Shown piece after piece: positions 53,020 to 64,000 of a stretch of 64,000 nucleotides of DNA (positions are counted from its first letter, which is position 1; the number at the start of each line of letters is the position of its first letter). The translations under genes were made by a program, and so were the position numbers. Below the pieces are notes generated by a model, which was not told where the DNA came from, did not search any database, and saw only the letters and a program-made list of their open reading frames with translations. The stretch comes from Felis catus (Eukaryota): NCBI RefSeq assembly GCF_018350175.1, contig NC_058368.1, positions 61,382,001 through 61,446,000 on the forward strand. Reading direction: 5' to 3'.

Positions 53020-56000
53020 GACTATATATTTTTAGAGCAGTGTTAGGTTTAGAGAAAAAACTGAGCAGCAGATACAGAGTTCTCAGATACTTCCTATTCC
53101 CCGACCATCCTCCACTCCCACGGTTTCTCCTATTATGGCCACTCTGCCTTATTAGTGTGGTGTTGATTATTGGACTCAACAAATACATAATGTAATGTAC
53201 CCACCTTAACAGTATTGTACAAAATTTTTTTACTGTCTTAAAAATCTCCTGTGATCCATCTATCCATTCTTCCCTCCCTTCCTCCGCCTGAAACTTTGGT
53301 CACCCCTGATATTTTTACTCTCTGTATAGTTTTGCCTTTTTCAGAAGGTCTGTAGTTAGAATCATATAATATGTAGACTTTGCAGACTGACCTCCTCGCA
53401 TTAGAATTCATTCATTTAAGGTTTTGCATGTCTTTTCCTGGCTGGAGAGGTCACTTCTTGGTATGATTTGGTAACTTTCCATTGTGTGGATGTATCACGA
53501 TTTAACCACTCAATGTATCGAAGGGCATCCTGGTTGCTTCCGAATTTCGGCAATTATGCATACAATTGTAAATGTTCATGTGTAAATTTTTAGGTGGACA
53601 GAAATTTTCACCTCATTTGGACAATTATGTAGGAGTGTGATGGTTGAATCCTATCATATGACAGAGTATAGTTTTAGCTGTGTGAGAAACTTGTCAAACC
53701 GTGTGCCAAAATGGCTGTATCATTTTGCCCTCCGCCAGCAGTGAATGAGAGTTCCTCTTGTTCTACAGCCTCAGAAGTATTTGTTGCCATCTGTGTTTGG
53801 GATTTTAGCCACTTTAATGGGTGTACAGTGCTATCTCATTTTTTAATTTCCCATTCTTGACCTGTGTTGTTGAACACTTTCTGTTTGTTTTGTTTTGATA
53901 TTTACCACCTGTATATCTTATTTGGTGAGATTTCTGTTCAGATTTTTTATTGATTAGGTTTGTTTATTTTTGTTTCTTATTGTTGAGTTTTAAGAATTCT
54001 TTGTTTATTTTGGACACAAGTCCTTCATCAAGTATGTGTTCTGCAAATATTTCTCCCAGTCTGTGGTTTTTCTTGTCCTTCTCTTAAGACAGTTTTTCAC
54101 ATAGCAAAAGTTTTAATTTCAGTGAGTTCTATCTTGTCAATTTTGCCTTTTATAGATTGAATTTCAGTATAATATCCAAAAAGTCACTACTAAACCCCAA
54201 GTCACCTGGATATTCTTCTGTGTTAGCTTAGAGAAATTTTATAGATTTATGTTTTACACTTAGTTTTATGATACATTTTTAGTTAATTTTTTGAAAGATG
54301 TTTCTAATTACATGTTTCATATTTAATAAGTATCTAATAATGTATCACAATTACATGGTTATATTATTTTTTTTTTTGCACATAGATTTCTATGGTTCCA
54401 ACAGCATTTGTTGAAAAGATATTCTTTCTCTCCATTCAACTACCTTTGTTCTTTGTCAAATCTTACTTGACCCTGTTTGTGTAGGTCTCTTTCTAAGCTT
54501 GCTTTTCTTGTTCATTGATCTTTTTGTGTTTCCTTACCAATAAAACACTGTCTTGATTAACACAGATATGTAGTCAGTCTTGAAGTAAGGTAGTGACAGT
54601 CTTCTGACTTCTTCAAGGTTGTGTTTGTTATTCTAGATTTTTTGGCTTTCCAAATAAATTTTAGAATTACTTTATTAATATCCACAAAGCAACTTGCTGA
54701 CATTTTTATTGGGATTATATTGAATGTATGAATCAAGTTGGGAAAAACTGACCACTGACAACATTGAGTCTTCCTGATCATGAACATGGAATATCTCTAT
54801 ATTTATTTAGATCTTCTTTGATCTATCTCAATCAGAGTTTTATAGTTTATCTCATATAGATGTTATACATATTTACTACATTTATTTTTTTAAAAAATGT
54901 TTTAATGTTTATTTATTTTTGAGAGAGACAGACAAACAGAGTGTGAGCAGGGGAGGGGTGGAGAGAAAGGGAGACACAGAATCCAAAGAAGGCTTCAGGC
55001 TCTGAGCTCTCAGCACAGAGCCTGACACAGGGCTTGAACCCACAAACCAAGAGATCATGACCTGAGCTGAAGTTGGATGCTTAACCAACTAAGCCACCCA
55101 GGCGCCCCTTTCATAATATTCTTTTATTATTTTTTTTCATGTCCATGGGATCAATAGTGATGTTCCAGAATTCATTTCTGATATTAGAAGCAATTTTTAG
55201 CTTCTCTCTTTATCTTCCCTAGCGTGCCCAGGGGTTTATCAATTGTATTGATCTTTTCAAAGAATTAATTAGCTTTGGTTTTGTCTCTCTCTCTCTCTCT
55301 CTCTCACTCTCTCTTTTGATCTACAATTTCATTGGATTATTCTTTAGGATTTTTTTTTTAGCTTACTTTGGGTTTAAATAATTATTTTTTCTAGTTTTCT
55401 CAGGATCTTAGATTATTGATTTTAGATTTTTCTTCTTTTCTAATTGATATAGTCAGTGCTATAACTTTGCTTCTAAACACTGCCCTCACTGTAATTCCCA
55501 AATTTTGTAAATTCTATTTCCATTTGTTTCAAAATATTTTTAAAATTTCTTTTGAGATGCTACTAAATTACTTTGCTAATTTTTTAAATGATTGTCTTGG
55601 CGTTTGCTCTATTCATTTATTACTAATCTGTGTTCACCTTCAAATAATTTACTGGGTAATACCAGTATCTTAGAGTACTCCAATTCTTCTGTTTCTTATT
55701 ACATCGTTTCAGTTAATTTCACTTACACATATACTATAATCACACAATACATCTTTACTATTCTTATTTTGAACAAACTTATTTGTTACATCAAATAAGA
55801 GTAAGAACAATTAAAGAACGAGCAATTACATATTTTATCACTTTTATTTATTTATGCTTTAACACTGTTCCTTTCCTCATTAAGATCTAAGTTTATGCTT
55901 TATATCATTTTTCTTCCCTCTGAAGACACCTAACATTTCTTGTAAAGCAGGTCTTCTGGCAACAAATGCCTTTATTTTTTTTGTTTCTCTGAGAAAATAT

Positions 56001-57895
56001 TTCTCCTTTACTAATTTCACTTAGAACAGAATTCTAGGTTGTTTTTGATTTGGTTTTGGTTTTTTTTTTTCTGTCAACACTAAATATTTCACTTTCCTCT
56101 CTTCTTGCTTGTAAGATTTCTGAATAAAAATCTGATATAATTCTTATTCTTGATCCTGTATAAATGACTATCCCCTCCCTAATGGCTTATTTTAAGATTT
56201 TTTTTCTTTTTCTTTGATTTTTCTGCAGTTTGAATATATACAAGTTATTTGTTATAAGTTAATACATATAGGTATTAGGTATAAGTTATTAGGCTTAGGT
56301 ATAAATTATTTAATATTTATCCTAATAGTTGTTCTTCGAGCTTTGTGAACCTGTGGTTTAGTGTCAATCATGAATTTTGGAAAACTTCCAGCAATTATTT
56401 CTCCAAATATTTTATCTTTTTTTTTCTCTTTTTTCCCCCCCTCTGGTCTATTTATTATGTGCATGTTACTCCTGTTGTTATTGCCCTCACAGTTATAGGG
56501 TATTCTGTTCCACTTTTTCCATTAGTTTTTTCTCTTTGCTTTTCAGTTTGAGAGATTTCTTTCAACTTATATTCAAGTCCATTGATTCTTGACTGTGTCA
56601 GTCTACTGATGAGCCTATTAAATAAATTTTTCACTTCTTTTACAGTGTTTTTGATTTCTAATATTTACTTTTGACTCTTACAGTTTTCATCCAATTATGT
56701 TAAGCATCTGTTCTTGCATGTGTTTTACTTTTTCAGTTAGATCCAATAGCTTATAAATCATCCTCATTTTATTTTATTTTTTAAAGCAAATTCATCCTTA
56801 TTTTAAAGTCCCAGTCTCATTGTTCCAGAGTCTTCCTTATTCATGCCTAGTTCTTACTTGGTCTCTTCAATAGTGTTTTTCAGCTTCTCCCCTGCATTGT
56901 ATTTTTTTCTCCAGAGCCAGACACGACCTATATAGGGTAAAAAGAACTGGTGGGAATAGGCTTTTAGTGTGAGATTTTATGTTTATCTGACTAGGAGTTA
57001 GGTTCTATTTACCATTTGTTATAGCTACAGTGTCAGAGGCTAAAATTTCCTCTACTGTCCTTTTTTTTTCTTCCTTCCTTCCTCCCTTCCTTCCTTCCTC
57101 CCTTCATTCCTTTATCTTTTTTGTTTTGGATTTCTTAAGCAATCCCTTCTTAAATAGAGCCTTGGCATAGAAGTTCTTTCAGCTGTAACCCCTTGTTATT
57201 ACACAGGAGCCCTGTGGATGTGTTGAGAAGCTGTAAGGGGAGAGAAAGCATTCCATAATCTCAAAATTAGGTCTCATTTTTTTAGTCAGTTTTTGTTCCT
57301 GGGCTGTGACCTTCACAGATGAGACAGGAAGGCTTATAGAGCTGAAACTGGGTGTTTCCCTCCTCTCACATCAAAGACCACAGGGCTGTAGTTAGGTATT
57401 TCCCTCCCATAGGTTGGCCATGCTCTAGTAAAATAGATTTCCTTGTGATCAGACCTTTGTAACAGAAGACAGAGTGCTTTCAGAGTATCTCAAAGTGGTA
57501 AATTTTCCCATTTCCTGCCAGGAGTATGAGAGGATGGGGTCTTTCTTCAGTCATCTCACTGAGTACCTTGTAGAGTTCCTAGAAGTATTATTCACAGAAG
57601 TGTAGAAGTCCTCCTCAGGATGAGCCTCCAGGAGTTTTATCTCTCCGACTAGTCCACTCAAGTCTCCAGATATCAGTGTCCTTTAAGAATCCCTACCAGT
57701 GACTGGCTCCGCTGGCATCTTAAGCTCCTGGTAAGTTACAATTCTTCTTATTCACCAATCTTTCTGGTTTTCAGGGGGCAGTTTGCTCTGTGATCTTAAT
57801 CATCTGCTGGGCCTAAGAAAATTTGTTTCTTTTCTGTTTCTTCAATATCTTCATTATTAGTTTGAGGACAGAAGTGATGACTTTGAAGCTCTATA
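53020..57895 (-). mobile_element. Long decayed L1MC-like element(s): 3' UTR, ORF2, ORF1/5' region, with deletions
   Basis: 3' end 'ttttagagcagtgttaggtttagagaaaaaactgagcag'; ORF 54557-54787 'FNIIPIKM..DINKVILKFIWKAKKSRI' is ORF2p; ORF1/5'-like text at 55900-57900. Confidence 0.85.
54885..55108 (-). mobile_element. Can-SINE inserted in L1
   Basis: Full reverse SINE ending 'caggcgcccc'. Confidence 0.96.
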
Positions 57896-59316
57896 TATGC
57901 CACTTTACTGTATTAGGATATTGGCATATTTATCAGTGCCCCTAGCCACTTTGCTTGTGGTTGGCATGTATGTGCATTTTATTTTATTTACACTTTACAA
58001 GCTATGTAAAATTTATGTGGCGTACATTAAATATCACTGTGCAGTTTTCTATTTTGTATTTTAAATAATGTTTCAGCATCTATTAAAATTTGACCCACTG
58101 CATAGATGGTTCCCCCATCTTCAACCACACATATCCCTTGAGTCAGGTAACCCTGAGCTTTATTTAACTATACCTTTATTAGAATTCAGGAGGTAAGGAG
58201 GGTATTTTTGTGTGTGTTATTCCTTTATCTCTTTGACAAGTATTTATTGAGGATATATTAAGTATCAGACATTATTCTAAGTATCAAGGATAGAGCTCAA
58301 TCCTCACCACCACCCCCAAGAAATTTTCTCATCTTTTTTATTCTTCTCCAGGGTCCTTTTTTTGTTTTGTTTTCTTATTTATCTGAAAATACTTATAGCT
58401 CTGATTGCTTATGATCTGTCTGCCTTTAAGCTCCATTATTCCTTTGGCTGGAATTCTCCAGCACTGTGTTGTTTTCTTGCTTCTGGCAAAACATTGGAAA
58501 AAGTAATTGCTCTTTAAAAATTTTGACATCATTTCCTCAGGCTATCTATTTCTCCTCCTTGTCCACTTATTTGCATGTAAAGTATAACACTTAAAAATGT
58601 ATTTTTCTGTTTATTTTATCCAATCATCTCTATAAGTCTTCTGCATGTCGATTAAGTATTCCACACCAAGTTTAGATGCTGTTCTCCATGAGGATTTTTT
58701 AATGTGCCTTTGGTGTTATACTTCTAAAAAATTCTAACATGCCATTTTGTATTTTCACTGTTTGATTGCTTTTGTTATACCTTTTGGTTTTACCCATTGT
58801 TATTTGTGCATTTTGAAAAAGGAGATGTTGAGATCTGTCATTTAAGCACTTCTTTAGGTTGTTGTATGTACAAAGCTATAAATTTTATCATCACCACTTT
58901 GATGAGAGCCTTGCAGTTTAATTTTCTAACATTTATTTATTCATAATAAATTGTTATTTTACTCTTCATTTACCTTTGTGCTTAGAACAATGGAGAACAG
59001 ACTGCTTAAAAATTAAATTCCAGTGATTGTAACTACTACGTGAACAACACACACACACATCACATTTCAGTCATTGTTTTGAATATTGTGTGAATATTAT
59101 TACTTCTTCATCAAATAATATGAACTTTGTGACATTACATTTTTCCTTAGGTATCATGTGCCTAGCAGATTAAACAGAAAAACTCTTAACACTTCTAAAT
59201 AAAATGGTCTTTTTTTATTCCTTATATCCTATTGTAAGTATGTTATTTGTATTATTCAATCTCTTTATCATCACTATTTTTTGTTAAATGTTCTAATTTA
59301 TCAGAAATAGTTATTA

Positions 59317-60042
59317 TATGTTAGGCAGAAAATGCCACTGCCAAAATGTCCACATTCTAATCTCCTGAAACTATAAGTTACATGACAAGGGGAAATTGAA
59401 TTTGATAATGGAATTAAGATTTCTTTTCTTACGTAAGTATTTTTTTTTAAGTTTATGTATTCTGAGAGAGAAAGAGAGCGAGCAAGTGGAGGAGAAGCAG
59501 AGAGAGGGAGAAAGAGAATCCCAGACAGGCTCCACACTGTTAGAGCAGAGCCCAACGTAGGGCTCAAACTTCCTAAGGACGAGATCATGAGCCAAAGTCA
59601 GACACTTATCTGACTGAGCCATCCAGGTGCCCCTAGAATTAAGATTTCTAATCAGCTGACTTTGAGGTGGGGAGATCATCCTTGATTGTCCAGGTTAGCC
59701 AGTATAGTCACAAGCATCATCACAAGTGAAAAATTGAGGCAGGAAAGAGAGAGCTAATGAGATGGCAATGTGGGGAAGCCTTAATGATCATTGTTGGCTC
59801 TGAAGATGGAGGAAGAGATCAAGCACCAAGAGGGGTGGGCAGCCTCTAGAAGCTCAATAAAGTCAGGAACAATTGTCCCGTTGAACCTCCAGAAAGGAAC
59901 ACAAACTTGCTGATACCTTGAGGCTAGCCCAGTGAAATCCATCTTGAACATCTGACTTCCTGAACTACAAGATAATAAGTTTGTATTATTTTTAAGCCAC
60001 TGATTTGGTTGTAATTTTTTCAACAGCAGTAGGAAACTAATA
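59317..60042 (+). mobile_element. MaLR solo LTR (MLT1D-like), interrupted by a SINE
   Basis: 'tgttaggcagaa', 'gatttctaatcagctgactttgag..gggagat', 'agcctctagaagct', 'tttaagccac..cagcagtaggaaactaata'. Confidence 0.92.
59424..59633 (-). mobile_element. Can-SINE inserted in MLT1
   Basis: TSD gaattaagatttc at 59411 and 59636. Confidence 0.95.
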
Positions 60043-60268
60043 AAAAGGGTGTCATTTACATTGTGACAGTTTCATCTCTTATTTTGTGGACATTAATTTA
60101 TATATGTCAACATTTTATATATTAAAGAAGAATTATTAATGACAAAACTTTTGGTGGATTTAACATTTACAGGAGGACATATTACTCATTTGTACTGATT
60201 TTTTTCCTTATTTGGTGTTAATTGATATTGCCAGTATTGCTATACTCCCTCACTTTTGTTGATTTTAG

Positions 60269-60269
60269 C

Positions 60270-60307
<38 letters not shown>

Positions 60308-60420
60308 ATATATATGTATATATATGTGTATATATATTTATATGTGTGTGTATATATATATACACATATATATATACATATATATATACACATATATATA
60401 TATATGTGTGTATATATATT
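60269..60420. repeat. (TA)n/(TG)n/(CA) interrupted microsatellite
   Basis: Read directly from the sequence. Confidence 0.95.
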
Positions 60421-60435
60421 TAAACTGATATACCA

Positions 60436-60640
60436 GGGGTGCCTGGGTGGCTCAGTTGAATATCTGACTTCGGCTCAGGTCATGATTTCACAGTTCCTGA
60501 GTTCCAGCCCCGCATAGAGCTCACTGCTGTCAGCACAGAGCCCACTTCAGATGCTCTGTCACCCTCTCTCTCTGCCCCTCCCCCATTTGTATGCACTCTC
60601 TCTCTCTCTCTCTCAAAAATAAATAAACATTACAAAAATT
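60436..60640 (+). mobile_element. Can-SINE
   Basis: 'ggggtgcctgggtggctcagttg' head; TSD atatacca. Confidence 0.95.
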
Positions 60641-61501
60641 ATATACCATTCTTTTTCTCTAATCTTTAGGTGACATTGTATTTTAGCATTACCTTTTTAA
60701 ATATCACATAGCTTCTAATAATGTGGATATTTAGCTCTCAGATTTTTGTTATGGTAAATATATAATTTTGTATTTATTCTTATTTCTTGACAGTTAATTT
60801 TACATATTCTATTTATCAGGCTTTCCTATTTTCTATAAATGTGTCCCTTGAATGTTGATGTTTACATAATTCATTGGGTCTTTTAAAGTGAAAATTAAAT
60901 ATTAATTTACTATAGCTGATGTGGATTAGTACTTAAATTTGATAGTTTAAAAATACAACACCAAATATGATAACAAAAAAGCAGGAAAGACTCTATACAT
61001 ATATATCTTCTGCTCTATTAATCTCCATTTGGTAATAGTATTTAAAACATGTACTGGACCTTCAGAACCCCAATGTTAGCAATCTGAGAATAGAAATTCA
61101 GAAGGAACTATCAGTCACCTTATTAAAAAATGTTGTACTGAGGACAACAATCAGTCAGACCTTTCTCTGGGTTCAGTTAAGCACAGAGTAATTTACTTAT
61201 TTAAAAGATGTGTCCATTCTTCTTTTCACTTCTATCTTATTTAACATTTCTTCAGAATAAGAGCACCTTTCCTTCTTATCCATTTCATTTGTTTTAAGTG
61301 TCATATAGACTAGCTTGCATTTTGTTAAAATTACATGAATATACCCATTAAGATGAGTTTTAAATCAGTGTACTAAACATTCATGATAATTTGACAGAAT
61401 TTTACTATCTACTGGATCTAACAATCCATTTTAAAATGGTGTTTTGGTTCATATGTCATTGTTTTTTTATTTTTTCTACAAATTCAGAATTATATTCTTT
61501 A

Positions 61502-61724
61502 TTTTTTTTTAATTTTTTTTTCAACGTTTATTTATTTTTGGGACAGAGAGAGACAGAGCATGAACGGGGGAGGGGCAGAGAGAGAGGGAGACACAGAATC
61601 GGAAACAGGCTCCAGGCTCTGAGCCATCAGCCCAGAGCCTGACGCGGGGCTCGAACTCACGGACTGCGAGATCGTGACCTGGCTGAAGTCGGACGCTTAA
61701 CCGACTGCGCCACCCAGGCGCCCC
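61502..61724 (-). mobile_element. Very young SINEC_Fc-type Can-SINE
   Basis: Perfect 17-bp TSD cagaattatattcttta at 61485-61501 and 61725-61741; CpGs intact. Confidence 0.98.
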
Positions 61725-62751
61725 CAGAATTATATTCTTTAAAAGTATATATAAGCATGTAGTGAATTTGGAAAACTGAAAAACAAAAACATGTCATTTT
61801 GTCATAGTTTGAGTAACACTGTTGTAGATTTCTTTAGCTGAGAACACTTGTCTGGGTATCATACACATTTACCCAATCCACAAATATTTCTAAGCCTTTC
61901 ATCTTATATGTGGTTCCATTCTATATATATTTTCATATGAAAATCATGACATGAAGCCAAGAAAATATTCATATTTGTTTCCTTGCAGCAAATACAAGTG
62001 GGAGTTACTTTCAGCCATGAATTTTTATGAAAAGCCGGGAAAATAAATGAGCATGGTTTTTACATCATCCTGTCTGTTTCTGGAAGCTATTTCCTCTGTG
62101 AATGTGGACATTAGAGCAATAGTGGAAGATGTCAGAAAGCATATATGATGTTCATACAGTACAGAGGTGACAGTACTAGCCAAGGGGAAAAATCGTAATG
62201 AGCAATAGCGACAGTACAATGTTGGCCTTTGGGACACATCCATCCACCCTCATTTCTTTGGTATTCTCATTCCAACCACAGTAGCCATCCGCAAGACACA
62301 TCTATCTCTGAATCATACTCTCTGGCATGTGGAAACTCTCACTTTTTGAACCCTGATTCATTGTTTGATTATTTTTATAAGGCTACATTTTTGGCCCTGG
62401 AGCTCTACGATTTTTTTGCTCTGTGTAGTCTACTTGAAATACATGTCTGCACACAACATGAAACTCTGCCACAATAATCCAGACTGTCAGCTTTCAGCTT
62501 CCCTGGATTACTCTTTTGGATTCATGACTTGGAGCAGAATATGTCCAAGACTTTTAGCAGTCATTCAGGAGATGTTGTGTTCTGATAAAGGATTCTCCAT
62601 CCACTCTGTTGCATTCTGAGAATATACTCAATGGCTAAAGCTGTGGTTTCCCTGTTAAGCTAAAATCAAATGCACTATTAAAATGCATTTATTGCTATTT
62701 CTTACCTTCAAAATTTAGGGTACTTCTTCCACTAGTAAGGCATCCATGATG

Positions 62752-63986
62752 TTTTTTTTAAATAATATTTTAAGCTTTTATTTTTATCACCCAGTGCTCA
62801 TAATGACAAGTGCATTCCTTAATCCCCATCACCTATTTCACCCATGCCCATAACCATCTCCCCTCTGGTAACCATCAGTCTGTTCCTTATAGTTGAGTCT
62901 CTTTCTTGGTTTGTCTCTCTCTCCCTTCCTTTCCCTTTGTTCGTTTGTTTTGTTTCTTAAATTCCACATATAAATGAAATTATATGGTATTTGTCTCTCT
63001 CTAACTGATGTATTTCACTTAGTGTTATACTCTGTAGCTCAATCCAAGTTGATGCAAATGGCAGGATTTCATGTTTTTAATTTTTTGAGGGGGTTGGGAA
63101 GGCAGAGAGGTGTGGGGGACAGAGGATCCAAAGCAGGCTGTGTGCTGACAACAGAAAGCCTGATGTGGGGCTCAAACTCAGGAACCATGAGATCGTGACC
63201 TGAGACAAAGTTGAACACTTAACCAACTGAACCACTCAGGCACCCCAGGATTTCATTCTATTTATATCGGAATAATATTCTGTTGTATGTATATGCCACT
63301 TCCTCTTCATCCATTTATCTATTGATGGACACTTGGGTTGCTCCCATATCTTGCCCATTATAAATAATGCTGCTGTAAACACAGAGGTGCATGTATCCCT
63401 TTGAATTAGTATTCTTCTATTCTTTGGTTAAATACCCAATAGTGTGATTGCTGGATCATAGTTCTATTTATAAGTTTTTGAGGAATCTCCATACTGGTTT
63501 TCACAGTGGCTGCACCTGTTTGCATTTTCACCAACAGGGCAAGAGGGTTCCTTTCTCTCTACATCCTTGTCAACACATGTTGTGATTTTATTTATTCTGA
63601 CAGGTGTGAGTTGATATCTCCTTGTAGTTTGGATTTACATTTCCCTGATGGTGAGTGATGTTGAGCATCTTTTCATATGTTGGTCATCTGTATATCTTCT
63701 TTGAAGAAATGTCTGTTTATGTTTTTAATTGGATTATTTTGTTTTGAGGATTGAGTCTATAAGTTCTTTATATATTTTTATACTAACTCTTTATCATATA
63801 TGTCATTTGCAAATATCTTCTCCCATTACATAGGTTGCCTTTTAGTTTTGTTGATTGTTTCTTTCGCTGTGCAGATGCTTTTTATTTTGATGTAGACATG
63901 ATAGTGGTTTTGTTTTGTTTTGTTTTGTTTTTGTTTTTTTGTTTGTTTTTGTTTTTTGATTTTGCTTTTGTTTTTGTTTCCCTTGC
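62752..63986 (-). mobile_element. Carnivore L1 3' end, interrupted by a SINE
   Basis: Homologous to 25140-26393 ('ccttaatccccatcacc', 'gtttcttaaattccacata', 'ttctgacaggtgtgag'). Confidence 0.94.
63073..63246 (-). mobile_element. Can-SINE inserted in L1
   Basis: TSD aggatttcat at 63063-63072 and 63247-63256. Confidence 0.94.
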
Positions 63987-64000
63987 TGCAGGGAACTTCT

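Noticed and set aside
60222..60517. YI/CV-repeat ORFs
   Set aside because: Translation of a (TA)/(TG) microsatellite.

Overview
AT-rich, CpG-poor mammalian DNA, almost certainly from a felid, because it carries about 33 carnivore tRNA-derived SINEs including cat-type SINEC_Fc copies. I find no protein-coding exon, RNA gene or CpG island I can support. The listed ORFs are SINE or L1 read-through, low-complexity sequence or chance ORFs; the ORFs at 48.2-49.0 kb are frameshifted pieces of an ERV-L pol gene. The window is a layered transposon record: L2/MIR, old L1M, carnivore L1, MaLR/ERVL LTRs, hAT MITEs, a young ERV1-type solo LTR and Can-SINEs with visible target-site duplications (TSDs). The most interesting structures are an old L1 with an apparent twin-priming 5' inversion (13.7-15.9 kb), a decayed ERV-L RT/RNase H segment (48.3-49.1 kb), a CpG-retaining solo LTR with a 4-bp TSD (34.9-35.2 kb), a SINE nested in a SINE, inverted SINE pairs and a few repeat-free, motif-dense segments that may be enhancers. 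I see no convincing evidence of a new biological system. Repeat family names come from my recall of consensus sequences, and the boundaries of old elements are approximate.
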